Notes: generated by a model not told the origin, from the letters alone. 64,000 nucleotides of DNA from a virus (IMGVR_UViG_2529292906_000009:3303-67302); one strand, 5' to 3'; counted from the stretch's first letter, positions 50,793 through 62,080 are shown. Made by a program: numbers and translations.

Positions 50793-50809
50793 AAATTTAT
50801 TAGAGCAAA
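50793..50809 (-). promoter_or_regulatory. C1-operator-like 17-mer (16/17) upstream of kilA
   Basis: aaatttattagagcaaa; position corresponds to the C1-controlled promoter of the lytic replicon. Confidence 0.5.
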
Positions 50810-50887
50810 TTTTTCTGACTCGATCCAGATCGGGTTGGACGATCTGCTCAGAAACCTGCCAGTTTGCTGGCAGGTTTTTTTCTTTTG

Positions 50888-51934
50888 TTAACCTATTGCT
50901 ACTGGTTTTAACAAACCAGCATCAAGTAGCTTGCGAGTTAACCACTGCTGGCCTTTACCCGTTAATTGGGGCGTCAGCCGTATCTGGTAGCCATTTTCAT
51001 CATCCAGCACCACTTCTTTCACCGTGAAATACCCGGCGTTGATGTACTGTTGGCGCGGTACGTTTTTGCGCGCACCAAAAGCCATGAGAATGCCGTTCTG
51101 GCGCAACCATGAGAAAAGGGCGTTTTGCTTAAGTCCAACGACCTTTGCAAAGTTCCCGATCAGGATTCCATTAGCCACTGATACCCGGTCGGCAAAATCG
51201 ACTTTAGGGGCTGCGGCCACCAGCTGTTGTTCCAGCTGCATTTTCTGTTCTGCCAACTCGGCAGCCAGGCGTAGAGCTTCTGGTAATGTTTGGGGGATCG
51301 ATGGGGCAGGGGAGTTTGCCTGCTGCAATTCTTCCAGTTTGTCGATCAGCGAACGGCGGACCGCTTTCGATTCGCGAGCAGCAACGCGCAGGGCTTGTTT
51401 GTATGTCATTACTATAACTACCTGATCCGCTCCACCTTTTTTCTTATCCATAGGGGTTACGAAGATTTCGTAACCCTCCCCATCAAGCTCATCCTTAACT
51501 CTGGCAATGAAATCATTGTTGCGAACTGGTTTTTCGCTACATAATTTCCGTGCCTCATTGACCATCTTTAACAGTGTCAGGCTGTCGATTGTGTCTCCGG
51601 TGTTGGGGATAATATTCACGGCTGGTGCTGGCGTAGCTGACGTAACAGGTGCTGGTTTTTCAACATTCAAATTATTACCGGTCATTCTATGTGCCTCCTT
51701 TCTCATTTCTGCTGCCACTGTTGCGTAACGTAGACGTCCTTGTTCAATCAAATAATCCCTGATCTCGGCTATCAGTAGCCTGTTGATCACAGCCTTATCT
51801 GTTCGGGTATAAAAACGCCTGGTTATCATGAAATAGTTAGCAATTGCGCCGGGGATCTCCCGTGTCGGCATACAGGCAGTATGCAAAGCGATCGCTTCGG
51901 CTATTTCATTACGGGTGACGAGAGGTTTTTTCAT
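50888..51934 (-). CDS. ant: Antirepressor-like protein (N-terminal Rha-like region, C-terminal KilAC domain), 348 aa
   Basis: C-terminal APKVDFADRVSVANGILIGNFAKVVGL...QQYINAGYF KilAC motif paralogous to kilA C-terminus; immI-like position. Confidence 0.6.
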   Translation of the reverse strand: MKKPLVTRNEIAEAIALHTACMPTREIPGAIANYFMITRRFYTRTDKAVINRLLIAEIRDYLIEQGRLRYATVAAEMRKEAHRMTGNNLNVEKPAPVTSATPAPAVNIIPNTGDTIDSLTLLKMVNEARKLCSEKPVRNNDFIARVKDELDGEGYEIFVTPMDKKKGGADQVVIVMTYKQALRVAARESKAVRRSLIDKLEELQQANSPAPSIPQTLPEALRLAAELAEQKMQLEQQLVAAAPKVDFADRVSVANGILIGNFAKVVGLKQNALFSWLRQNGILMAFGARKNVPRQQYINAGYFTVKEVVLDDENGYQIRLTPQLTGKGQQWLTRKLLDAGLLKPVAIG

Positions 51935-52152
51935 AAAACCCCCTGAACGTCGGCAGAGAAGGGGAGGTTCCAGTAACTAAGTGAATTGCGCGAGTTAGTT
52001 GAAAAACGGGCAGTAAAAATGCAGGGGCCATCAGGCAATTGGGAGCGTGCTTCGTCTTCTGTTGCTGCGATAACGAAGTGATAGTGGTGTTTTTTACAGG
52101 AATAGAAACGCCAGATGAATTCTTGGCGTGCGCAAGGATTGGCATTAACCAT
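51931..52152 (-). CDS. Small protein, 73 aa, overlapping the antirepressor start (icd-like position)
   Basis: ATGA start/stop overlap with ant; size and position as recalled for P1 icd. Confidence 0.4.
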   Translation of the reverse strand: MVNANPCARQEFIWRFYSCKKHHYHFVIAATEDEARSQLPDGPCIFTARFSTNSRNSLSYWNLPFSADVQGVL

Positions 52153-52159
52153 AGTTACG

Positions 52160-52460
52160 GCCTCGTAAGTTGATAAACAACCTGCGACCCGCTGTCAAAC
52201 AGGTGGCAGGACGTGACAGGGTTGACAGACTGGCACTTACGAAACCAGCAGGCCGAAGCCTCCCCATCACGCCCCACCATAATTCGGGCGTAACGTGGTT
52301 TTACGGACACAAAAATACCGCAATATCGGAAATGTGCGGTTGTCCGCGTAAGTATTCAGGCTGTCAAACCTGGTCGCAGAATTTGCTGCGACGGCGGAAC
52401 TATAAGCCTGAACGATTAAAAGGTCAATATGATGCGAAAAGATAGCATTCGTGACTTAAA
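52160..52460 (-). ncRNA. Region expected to encode a c4-like antisense immunity RNA and its targets; exact gene not delimited
   Basis: Leader of icd/ant contains repeated GTTTGACAGC and complementary CTGTCAACC elements and several short hairpins. Confidence 0.3.
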
Positions 52461-52465
52461 AATAC

Positions 52466-52482
52466 AAATTTATTAGAGCATT
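52466..52482 (-). promoter_or_regulatory. C1-operator-like 17-mer (16/17) upstream of the immI-like operon
   Basis: aaatttattagagcatt. Confidence 0.5.
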
Positions 52483-52550
52483 GTTTGTTTAATAAATACA
52501 CAAATGGATCTAATAACCTCTTTTTTTAAAGGCGAAAATATGTACCCTAA

Positions 52551-53225
52551 ATGAGTTATAAGGCAGGTGAGGTTATAATGAGAAAACTATTACTACCGTT
52601 ATTATTTATGGCTGGGACTGTTAATGCAGCATCAAGCGTAAAGGAGATTTGTACCGATTATACGAAATACCTTGGGCACGTTTACGGCTTTGCTGTCAGT
52701 CAAGACGAATCCATGCGCAAGAAGTTACTGTCAGATATGAAACGCCTTAAACTTTCTGAAGCGATGGTGCAGCAAGAACTGTATAAAGTCGCAACCAACG
52801 AAAATGCTAAATATCAATATTCTCGCCTGTTAAATCCCGACGCAAACGAGATCAATCGAAGCTCTTTCGATTATATGGTAAAGGCATGCGAAACCGCTCC
52901 TGATTTTGCTATCCCTAGCTGGGGTGTGCTGGTGGCGAGCAATGCCGTTAATAAAGAAGACGTTGGAAGAAATGGCATTGATTCAATCAGAAACGCCCCG
53001 GGAATGCGCCATCAAAACGTGCAGGGTACGCTTGAAGAGCGGGCCAGGGGGCCGGGTACAAACTCCCCAATGGGAAACCTCTCACCAGAGGAATTGCAAG
53101 AGTATAACCAACGGATGGAGCAGTATGAGAAAGCGGCACGCGAACAAATGGAACAACAAAAGAACGGCTCACTTAATACCTTCCAGCAAGGTTTAAAAGC
53201 GCTTAATTTACCCTATGAATGGTAA
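52551..53225 (+). CDS. Secreted protein, 224 aa, carrying a motif shared with Sit
   Basis: Signal peptide MRKLLLPLLFMAGTVNAASS; IRNAPGMRHQNVQGTLEERARGPGT matches two segments of Sit. Confidence 0.6.
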   Translation: MSYKAGEVIMRKLLLPLLFMAGTVNAASSVKEICTDYTKYLGHVYGFAVSQDESMRKKLLSDMKRLKLSEAMVQQELYKVATNENAKYQYSRLLNPDANEINRSSFDYMVKACETAPDFAIPSWGVLVASNAVNKEDVGRNGIDSIRNAPGMRHQNVQGTLEERARGPGTNSPMGNLSPEELQEYNQRMEQYEKAAREQMEQQKNGSLNTFQQGLKALNLPYEW

Positions 53226-53286
53226 ATATATTATGGATAACCAATTAAAATATTGATAATCGTTAATATCCAAAGGAGATAAATTA

Positions 53287-53763
53287 ATGCGCATCAAACG
53301 ATTTTTTCTAATTCTTGCTTTGCTTACTCCATTTTCATCAATGGCAAATGTAAGCAAATGGTCAACCGGCGAGACTCATGGTGTTCGTTCTTATGCTGTT
53401 TCCAGCAAAGATAATTATACGCTTACATTTGAGTGCGATGTTGGATTTAATAATACGGATCCCAATCAAGTAGGAACACGACTACTCACTCTCATGAAAA
53501 CAGAACCTGGCGGTGAGTCATTTGATGCTAAAAAAGAACAAATAACGCTGAAAGTTGGTGATGATGAATATCCTATCAGTTCTATCGGTTCCTCTGTGGG
53601 TGATAGTTACTGGTATGGTTTTTGGTCAGATACCCCTGATATGGAAGTTAAAACATTCGATGCATACGTAGACGGAAAAAAAATCGCAACATTTACGCTA
53701 CGTAAGGCCGCAGAGCTTTTCAACGCGGCACCTGAAGATGGCTGCCTGAAGCGCGCAAAATGA
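53287..53763 (+). CDS. Secreted protein, 158 aa
   Basis: Signal peptide MRIKRFFLILALLTPFSSMA. Confidence 0.6.
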   Translation: MRIKRFFLILALLTPFSSMANVSKWSTGETHGVRSYAVSSKDNYTLTFECDVGFNNTDPNQVGTRLLTLMKTEPGGESFDAKKEQITLKVGDDEYPISSIGSSVGDSYWYGFWSDTPDMEVKTFDAYVDGKKIATFTLRKAAELFNAAPEDGCLKRAK

Positions 53764-53774
53764 CCTGTCACAAA

Positions 53775-53790
53775 TGACTACTCGTAGAAT
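53775..53790 (+). promoter_or_regulatory. Candidate late promoter TGACTA-N4-TAGAAT
   Basis: Same sequence architecture as 20240-20255; 32 nt upstream of the next ORF; -10 lies in an 11-bp inverted repeat. Confidence 0.45.
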
Positions 53791-53797
53791 CGGTTAA

Positions 53798-54388
<591 letters not shown>

Positions 54389-54398
54389 GGGGGCTGAT

Positions 54399-55010
54399 AT
54401 GGGGCTTAATGTTGCTTCAGTAAAGTCTTATGTATCTTCGGCATTAACGACGACATTATTTGGCTCCGGCGTTGGTGAGCGGGAAGTTGGTAAGCTGACG
54501 TCAATCATCATGAACAAAATGCTGTTCGCGCAAGGATGGCAGTTCTCTGTCGAAGTTGATGGTCTGGAGGGGGCAGACTTCTTTGCTAAAGACATTACCT
54601 ACCACGATTACAGCATCGAATATGAAACGATTAAAATCGGCGGAGGGAATATCCTTCAACCAACGGAGCGTTCGCCAGGGCAGATAACAATGATGGTCAG
54701 GGATACCGTTGATGGCCTCGTTTTGGACTGGTTTAAGACGGCAAAAAGTCGGGTGATTAATCCAGACGGTACCGGGAATATACCGTCTAAATATTTGCTC
54801 AATGTGCGTATTTATCGGTTGCTGTCTTCCGGCTTAACCAAACTGGAAAATGAGATGACGGTATTCCCGGTCACTACCGGCGATGTCACCTATGCGCGAG
54901 ATCAGGTTACGGAATTTAAGTCATTCCCAATGACCTTCGCATTGCACAGCACGTTTAACCAATCCTCAAGTTCTTTAGCTTCCCTTCTGGGCTTTAGTTT
55001 TTCTCTTTGA
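54399..55010 (+). CDS. Late morphogenesis protein, 203 aa
   Basis: ORF in track. Confidence 0.55.
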   Translation: MGLNVASVKSYVSSALTTTLFGSGVGEREVGKLTSIIMNKMLFAQGWQFSVEVDGLEGADFFAKDITYHDYSIEYETIKIGGGNILQPTERSPGQITMMVRDTVDGLVLDWFKTAKSRVINPDGTGNIPSKYLLNVRIYRLLSSGLTKLENEMTVFPVTTGDVTYARDQVTEFKSFPMTFALHSTFNQSSSSLASLLGFSFSL

Positions 55011-55024
55011 ATTAAGGAGCAAGG

Positions 55025-55906
55025 ATGCTTTTACCTCTTTTCCCGCTACCATCGCGGCCAACTGAATTGATCCAGTTCCGTCAGCCAAATATTGCTGATG
55101 CGATGCGTTTCAACTCGATAACACCGGAGGAACAAGAACAACAGACAACGGCGTATTTAAAAGCCTTGCTGGCTGAACCCGCGAAACATGATCCCCTGAC
55201 ATGGACGGCGCAGGACCGGATTACCGCGTTATGGTGGATATTTACCGGCTCCCGTGAAACACCGGTCGAGACATTCACCTACACCTGTAAACATTGCGGT
55301 AAAGAGCATTATTACGATTGCGATATGAATGCTCTGGCTGAAGATATCCAGGTCCTGGAAGTGGAACCTTTCATTGACGATATTGAGGTGTCTGTAGAGG
55401 GAGTACCTTATCAATGGCGTATCGTGCCGCTTGATGGTTGGGCAATGGAAATGCTGGAGATGCGCCGTGCAGCATTGCCACCTGAAGACGACGCGGAATT
55501 CAAAGAAGCGATCGTTGATTTGCGTTTTTGGGAATTCGCTTATCAGTGTGAACTTTATAACGATGTTAGCGGTACTCGTGAAGAGCAGGCTGAGCGTCGT
55601 TATGAAACGATCAAACGGATGGCCATTGATACTGAATTTATGAAGCTGGCGGCACACATCCGGCTGGCTCATGAAAAGCTCGAACATGGTTTACCGTGCT
55701 ACATCGATAAAGGCGAAATGCGTCTTCGTCTCCCGCCGCACAAATGCCCAAACCAGGATACAAAGGAGTCCACAGAGGGTGCGTATACCCGTCTGTGGGT
55801 GCCCTTTCGGGCTACCGACTTCATTCCACAGGTGGGGATTGAAAAGCTATCAGACCTTAGTGTCCAACCTGGTTTTGTATGGGGGTATACCGATTCAGGA
55901 CGCTGA
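55025..55906 (+). CDS. Late morphogenesis protein, 293 aa
   Basis: ORF in track. Confidence 0.55.
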   Translation: MLLPLFPLPSRPTELIQFRQPNIADAMRFNSITPEEQEQQTTAYLKALLAEPAKHDPLTWTAQDRITALWWIFTGSRETPVETFTYTCKHCGKEHYYDCDMNALAEDIQVLEVEPFIDDIEVSVEGVPYQWRIVPLDGWAMEMLEMRRAALPPEDDAEFKEAIVDLRFWEFAYQCELYNDVSGTREEQAERRYETIKRMAIDTEFMKLAAHIRLAHEKLEHGLPCYIDKGEMRLRLPPHKCPNQDTKESTEGAYTRLWVPFRATDFIPQVGIEKLSDLSVQPGFVWGYTDSGR

Positions 55907-55987
55907 AAGGCTCACTGAATCCTATGCGTTTTTCCTGTTGGAGAAACTGGAAGAAAAACTTAAACCGAAGCGGTAGGCGATAAGATC

Positions 55988-58900
55988 ATGGAAAGAAAAA
56001 ACGCCAACATTGACGATGTGATAAGGACGGTTGAAACCGCCAGCGCAAAAGAGCTGGAAGAGCTTGCAGGTATTCGGGAAGCCGTTGAAGATTTGAAAGG
56101 GGGGCGAGTTGCTACAGTTGATCCTGTCTCTCGCAGTGTGTCGGCATTAAATCGCACAATCGAAAATTCCCGGCCAGACTTTGTGGCCAATGCGCCATCA
56201 GTGGACCCTATTGTTGAGGCAATGAAACGGCTTAATTTAGGGGACGTTTCTCGTGTAGTTCAGGAGGATGTTGCTCTACAGGAACCGCAGGCCAAATCAA
56301 CTACGCGAAAGGGTAAAAAACGACGCAAGAAGGCTATAACAGAAGATGTAAAGGCGCAACGGACCGAAGCAGCCGAACACGCTCGCGAAATGTTCGGTCA
56401 AAAAGGCGGTGCGCAAAAAAGCCAAAACCAACGCGATGCGCGTGGTCGTTTTATTGGAAAGTCAGGGAGTAAGGCCGCAGCGGAAGATGCCCGTGCTGAA
56501 CGTGCTGAAAAGGCCTGGCGCAAAGAGGATGATGAGCGTCTAAATGCTGAATCAGGTTTATTAAAAAAACTGTCAAAAGTAGCTGAAGGCATAGGTAACC
56601 CTTCAGAGACTCGTGCCGTCGATGCGTTAGGTTATGCCGTTGCTGGTCCATTGTGGGCAGCAGGGAAGGAGCTTGGCGGGATATCAAAAGAAGTTGGTGG
56701 ATCGCTTAATGGTGCCAGAAAGTCTATTGCCGATGTGATTCGTGGCAATGACGATAACAGCCGTAGAAAAGGTTTTTTTAGGCGTAAATCGCAAAATAGT
56801 GCCGATGTCGTTCAGGTTAACACCCAAAAACGGACGGTTCAGGAACTTCAGGAGCAGACCAGCGAAATTAAAGAGGGCAATGACAAGATTCTCAGCGCCC
56901 TTGATCAGATAGCCAAAAACACCGGGAAAAAGAAGGGCGGCTTGCTGTCCAAACTATTTAGCCTGTTAGGGAAGGGGGACGGTGGCGTCGCGTCGTTGTT
57001 AATGGGGCGTGGCATGCTGAAAAAAGCTGGAGCACTCGCTTTTGGCGCTCTGGGGGCAAAGAAACTTGTAGGGATGCTACGCGGTGGTGGCAAGAAGGCT
57101 CTCGCCCATGAAGGCGGAGATTTGGCTGCCCGGGCAGCAGGTAAACTTGGATTAAAGGCCGTTGGTAAAGGAGCGTTACGCGCAATTCCCCTAGTCGGCA
57201 CAGTGGCTGGAGGTATTTATGATGCGGTAACCGGTTGGAATGATACAGAAGCGCAACGTCGAGCGTTTGGGCTTAAATCAGGACAAGATCCATCATTCCA
57301 GCAAAAAGCCGCTTATACGTTAGCTAATGTTCTTGATATGGGGGGACTGGTATCTGGTATTAGCAGCGCCATTGGTGAGGTTCTCAAATCACTTGGATTT
57401 GAGGATATCGGCAATATGTTGCAATCATTTTCGACGGAAAGTATTGCCCTGGCCATTGATAGTGGGATTACCAACTTAGAAACTTATATTTCTAACCTTG
57501 GCGACACCATTTCTACCAAGTTCGATGATTACACAGCAAAGATTGGTGATGCTGTTTCAGCATGGTTTAGCGATACATCTAATAAGCTGCTTGAAAAGCT
57601 GGATGCCATCAAAGACTTCTTTACTGTCGATAACCTGAAACAGGTTTTCAGTGATGCAATTGATAGTGCAATTGATTTCATTAAGAACCCAGGGAAACAC
57701 ATTAAAGAGGCGGCTGGTAATATTTGGGATGGGGTTAAAAATTTACCCGGTAAAGCATTAGATGCAGCGGTTGATGCCGTTAAAAATACCCCTGCGGCAA
57801 TGATTGTATCAAAAATACCCAATCCGATCGGCGAGGCTAATGCGAAAGAAATCACTCCAGAGTTAAAAGCTCCGGTTAATAGCCACCAGGAGACGTCTAA
57901 TTCTAAAACTGAATCCGATGCCAAACAGAGTAATATTGCTACCCGCGTGATAAATGCGGCACTGGACACGGCGAAAGATAGCAATAAAACAGTAAAACAA
58001 ACTGCCAATCAGATTATCAATGCAAATGCCGTAGAAACGGGCAATAGCGCGTTGCAGAAAATTGATAAAGCTATTGGTCAAAATAGCTCGTCATCATCGT
58101 CGCTTAATACCACTGGCACCAGGAATGACATTCAGAAAGCTGCGGATACCTACAACAATGGCAACTTGGATGTAAAAGTCGGAAGTCTTGGCGCTGAAGG
58201 TAAGGCTAATCTCGATAAGTTGGCTCCGTATTTTGCCGAACTAGAGAATAAATACGGTCTTCCAGAAGGCACTCTTTACGCGATTGCTGCAACTGAATCT
58301 GGTGGTAATCCGTATGCAAAATCCCAAACCGGTGCTCTGGGGATGTTTCAGTTCACGGGGATTGCTCGTGAAGAGACTGGCTTAGCTGAAGGTGAATCGT
58401 TTGATCCTGTGAAATCGGCAGAAGCTGCGGCTCTTCTCATGAGCAAATATCTGAAGCAAGCCAATGGAGACTTAAACGAGGCCATCACTGCATATAATGC
58501 TGGGTTTGGCACTATCAATAAGTGGAAAAAAGGCACAGGTGACTTATCGAAAGAAAACCGTGAGTACGCGATCAAGGTCAATACTCATCGTGCTCGCTAT
58601 TTAGGTGGTGAAATCTATACACCTGGAGCAGGAGCACAGGGTGGGGCGCAATATGGAGTGAGGGGACCACTGCCTGATAACGCTGTTATCGATCAGTCTA
58701 CTGGCCTGGCGTTTACCCCTGGTGATAGCCCGTTTGAGAAAGGCGGTCTGGTAGACAAAATTGGCAATGCTGTTGGCGTTAACGATCTGGTCAACAAATT
58801 CATGAATGGCCGGGGTATGCGTCGGGAAGTCGTTCAGGGAACGCTCGAAGAACGTGCACGAGGGAGGGGGACCGCAACAGCTGCTGGCAATGTGTATGTT

Positions 58901-59380
58901 GATACTCCGATGCCAGTCGAAGAGGCGCGTCCGGTGGCCAGCAACTCAAGTTACTTTGACCAACTCGGCGCACAAATGGGGATTGATGGACTATTCGATA
59001 AACTCCGCAACTCGCCGGGGATGCGGAAAAATAATGCGCCTGAACCAGCCTCCACGTCCCAGGTGACGACTGCCGCCAACGATTTGCAGCAACCAACCGG
59101 TCGTATGCAGATAGACGGGCAGGTTATTAGTGACCTTGGTGGTTCCGGTGCCAAGCCGACAATGCAGTTGGCTGATAATACCGTTTCACTTGATGGTGAA
59201 ACGAAGCGGCTGTTTGCGCAGATGACCTCATTGCTTGCCAGGATTGAGGAGCACACCAAAGACTCGGCGAAAGGCCAGGGAACTGTCGTAAAGGTCAGCA
59301 CGCCTCAGCCGGGCGTTATGCGCACGGTACCACTGTCAATTGATGATCCGTTGATGAATGACTACGCGAGAGTTGATTGA
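55988..59380 (+). CDS. sit: Tape-measure-like injection protein with lytic transglycosylase domain (Sit)
   Basis: 1130 aa; SLT motif AIAATESGGNPYAKSQTGALGMFQF; Gly/Ala-rich repeats. Confidence 0.85.
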   Translation: MERKNANIDDVIRTVETASAKELEELAGIREAVEDLKGGRVATVDPVSRSVSALNRTIENSRPDFVANAPSVDPIVEAMKRLNLGDVSRVVQEDVALQEPQAKSTTRKGKKRRKKAITEDVKAQRTEAAEHAREMFGQKGGAQKSQNQRDARGRFIGKSGSKAAAEDARAERAEKAWRKEDDERLNAESGLLKKLSKVAEGIGNPSETRAVDALGYAVAGPLWAAGKELGGISKEVGGSLNGARKSIADVIRGNDDNSRRKGFFRRKSQNSADVVQVNTQKRTVQELQEQTSEIKEGNDKILSALDQIAKNTGKKKGGLLSKLFSLLGKGDGGVASLLMGRGMLKKAGALAFGALGAKKLVGMLRGGGKKALAHEGGDLAARAAGKLGLKAVGKGALRAIPLVGTVAGGIYDAVTGWNDTEAQRRAFGLKSGQDPSFQQKAAYTLANVLDMGGLVSGISSAIGEVLKSLGFEDIGNMLQSFSTESIALAIDSGITNLETYISNLGDTISTKFDDYTAKIGDAVSAWFSDTSNKLLEKLDAIKDFFTVDNLKQVFSDAIDSAIDFIKNPGKHIKEAAGNIWDGVKNLPGKALDAAVDAVKNTPAAMIVSKIPNPIGEANAKEITPELKAPVNSHQETSNSKTESDAKQSNIATRVINAALDTAKDSNKTVKQTANQIINANAVETGNSALQKIDKAIGQNSSSSSSLNTTGTRNDIQKAADTYNNGNLDVKVGSLGAEGKANLDKLAPYFAELENKYGLPEGTLYAIAATESGGNPYAKSQTGALGMFQFTGIAREETGLAEGESFDPVKSAEAAALLMSKYLKQANGDLNEAITAYNAGFGTINKWKKGTGDLSKENREYAIKVNTHRARYLGGEIYTPGAGAQGGAQYGVRGPLPDNAVIDQSTGLAFTPGDSPFEKGGLVDKIGNAVGVNDLVNKFMNGRGMRREVVQGTLEERARGRGTATAAGNVYVDTPMPVEEARPVASNSSYFDQLGAQMGIDGLFDKLRNSPGMRKNNAPEPASTSQVTTAANDLQQPTGRMQIDGQVISDLGGSGAKPTMQLADNTVSLDGETKRLFAQMTSLLARIEEHTKDSAKGQGTVVKVSTPQPGVMRTVPLSIDDPLMNDYARVD

Positions 59381-59736
59381 TGGCCAACAATAACGAAATT
59401 GATCCTTTACTGACGCTGGAGTTATCCGGCGTAAAAACGTATGAGTCCCAGGAGGAGGCCTGGGGCGCTCGTTTATATGAGTGGCTGAACACTTATCAGG
59501 GTGAGGTATACGGAGATCCGTCATGGGGCAATGTTTTGCCGCAGTTTAAACACGAACCGACCAACTTGTCGTATGTTCAAATTGCGGTTGAGGCAATGCT
59601 GTTGCAAAAACTGACGGTAGATTTACCTGACATACCGATTTCTGGCTTGTCAGTAGCCGAGGGAGATGCTTTTGATAAGTTGAAAATATCCATTCGTATC
59701 AGGGATATAACTATCACACAGGACGTGGTGCTATGA
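59377..59736 (+). CDS. Late protein, 119 aa
   Basis: ORF in track; start overlaps sit stop. Confidence 0.55.
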   Translation: MMANNNEIDPLLTLELSGVKTYESQEEAWGARLYEWLNTYQGEVYGDPSWGNVLPQFKHEPTNLSYVQIAVEAMLLQKLTVDLPDIPISGLSVAEGDAFDKLKISIRIRDITITQDVVL

Positions 59737-61166
59737 GTAAAACAACACCGACTAAAGACAGTATTCGTGCAGAGTTTGAAGAGCTTGTCGAGAAAGATTC
59801 ATTCTGGTCGAAGTTTGTCGGCTCTCAATTTGTCTCGATGCTGACATTGTTTATTACCCAGATTGTCTACAGGTGCTTTCAGTATGCCGATGCGGCGCTG
59901 GCTGAAGGCTTTATATCGACCGCGACGCGGCGTTCCTCTATCCTGGCTGCGGCAGAAACGAACAGTTATGTTGGTACCAAGCCAACACCGTCATCGGGGA
60001 TGATTGAGATCACCGCCACAAGTGAAGATGCCCCAGCGGTAATCCCCAAAAACATGCCTTTAATATCTGACGACCAGTACCCTTACATGACTATGGATGT
60101 ATGCAGGTTGGTTGACGGCACCGGTACGGTAGAAGTGGCACAGTTGGAAATCCAGGAGGTGACATATACCGTTACGGCAGCCAAAGAATTTCTGGAAGTC
60201 GTGTTATCAAAGGCTCTTACTGCTGTCTGCTATAAGCTGGAAGTATTCGTGACGACCGATGGGAAGACCACGCAGTGGTCTTCCAGCACTATGTTCCGGT
60301 TAGCCGGTAGTAAAAGCCAGGTCTACGTTGAGTTTTATAAACCATCCGAGCAGTTGGGGGTTCGATTCGGCGATGGGCTAATTGGGCAAATACCGCCAGA
60401 AGGTTCGACAATTACGCTTAAGGTATGGTGCACCAACGGCGATATAACCCTGGTTGCTGGCCAAAACCTGACGCCTGTCGATTCTGCGGCTGATTTAGCT
60501 AATTTGATTTCAGTTAAGACAACGACACCTATAACCGCAGGTACCGATGCTGAAACAACGGAGATCACACGTAACCGTGCACAATATTACCTTGCCTATG
60601 ATGATCAGGTCGTATGGGGCGGGGACTATACGTATTTTCTGGTTCGTAACATCCCGGGGCTGTCCTGGGTAAAGGCATGGGGCGAAGGCCAGCAAGAGAA
60701 ATTAGATGGTGCTTATAATGTTCAGAATATCAATAAGATATTTATTTCAGGATGGCATCCGAATAAAAGTCAGTCAGAGCTTGAAGAAATGATCCTGACC
60801 GCCTTTAAGAAGGTGCCGAATGAGTTGAACAAGAAATTCTCGTATAAAGAGGTCAGAAAACTACCATTTAAGATAACCATCACCGGACGGATATCGGCAA
60901 GCCTGACCATTGAGAATGTGACCGATGAGCTGAAGTCGGCACTGGAAACAAAATTTGGGCGCGATTCAACTTTCTTTGATCCGAACCGCGTCGGAAAGTA
61001 CATCCTGATTAAGAAAAAAGACGTTTGGGCGTTTATCGAAACGCTGGGTTATTTCCGCGACTTTTATCTGGAATTTGTCGAGTGGAATGAGTCCAACGGC
61101 TTTTACGATTTCGTTTATCTGGATACAGAAAACTCCACCTTTAATATTTCGTATGAGGAGGAGTGA
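59733..61166 (+). CDS. Late structural protein, 477 aa (probably baseplate)
   Basis: ORF in track; position between sit and tail-fibre genes. Confidence 0.55.
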   Translation: MSKTTPTKDSIRAEFEELVEKDSFWSKFVGSQFVSMLTLFITQIVYRCFQYADAALAEGFISTATRRSSILAAAETNSYVGTKPTPSSGMIEITATSEDAPAVIPKNMPLISDDQYPYMTMDVCRLVDGTGTVEVAQLEIQEVTYTVTAAKEFLEVVLSKALTAVCYKLEVFVTTDGKTTQWSSSTMFRLAGSKSQVYVEFYKPSEQLGVRFGDGLIGQIPPEGSTITLKVWCTNGDITLVAGQNLTPVDSAADLANLISVKTTTPITAGTDAETTEITRNRAQYYLAYDDQVVWGGDYTYFLVRNIPGLSWVKAWGEGQQEKLDGAYNVQNINKIFISGWHPNKSQSELEEMILTAFKKVPNELNKKFSYKEVRKLPFKITITGRISASLTIENVTDELKSALETKFGRDSTFFDPNRVGKYILIKKKDVWAFIETLGYFRDFYLEFVEWNESNGFYDFVYLDTENSTFNISYEEE

Positions 61167-62002
61167 TGCAGCGTTCCTGGTTTAATAACCGGCTTACATC
61201 AGCTAAGCAAAAGTCATTGCTCTATAAATCATTGGCTGATTTGGTTCAGTCAATGATGGACACCTTTGTTGACCCATGGTTGGAGCGAATTACCAACCGG
61301 AAGTCTATTTTCTCCATGAGCAAGGAGGATCTGGAGACCAGGACAAATGAACTTGGCCAGTTCTTTACTATCAGAACCTCGAACTCATCTTCCGTTCCGA
61401 TGTTGTTACAACAGCGGCTTGATGAGATCCACTTTAAGGGAACTGAACGTCCTATAAACCAGACAATTTACCGCGAATTTAACGGTATTTCTGTTTTATG
61501 GGATCCGATATATGCACCGGTGGACCTTGAGCGTCATCCCTATGGCACAGTTCTAATACCAGAAAGCACACTGGAGACTACCGGCGGCACATTCGGCGAG
61601 ATGTTTCTGACTTCCAGAGGGATGATCAGTATTCCCATAAACGACCTGGCCCGGACAATGGGTATTACTGGCACGATAGATCAGTCCGCAATTACAGAAG
61701 AAATTCTCAGAAAGTTTAATCAGTTCGTAAAGCCTCTACTGCCACTGCATATAGTGTTTGATGGGCTTACGCTCTATTTGTCGGTTGTTTTAAATGAACA
61801 GGCCGACATGATCACTTTGAACGAGATTTCTGATACCGAAAAAGCATTCTGCTGGTTTGAAACTTCGGATACAACTTCGCTTACTGGAGTTACGTCGATT
61901 AGCGCCCCGATCACCGCAACGCCTGGTGGCACTATTGTGAAAGCGACACCTACGTTTGATCGCACACGCGCAGATGATTTGTTGCTGGATAGCGACGCCT
62001 GA
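61163..62002 (+). CDS. Late structural protein, 279 aa
   Basis: ORF in track; followed by an 11-bp-stem hairpin without T-tract. Confidence 0.55.
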   Translation: MMQRSWFNNRLTSAKQKSLLYKSLADLVQSMMDTFVDPWLERITNRKSIFSMSKEDLETRTNELGQFFTIRTSNSSSVPMLLQQRLDEIHFKGTERPINQTIYREFNGISVLWDPIYAPVDLERHPYGTVLIPESTLETTGGTFGEMFLTSRGMISIPINDLARTMGITGTIDQSAITEEILRKFNQFVKPLLPLHIVFDGLTLYLSVVLNEQADMITLNEISDTEKAFCWFETSDTTSLTGVTSISAPITATPGGTIVKATPTFDRTRADDLLLDSDA

Positions 62003-62080
62003 CAATCACCCCGTCCGTAGGGCGGGGTGACAAGTTACTTCTCTTACAATGAGGCTTCACAACATTGATTAGGGAAAATC

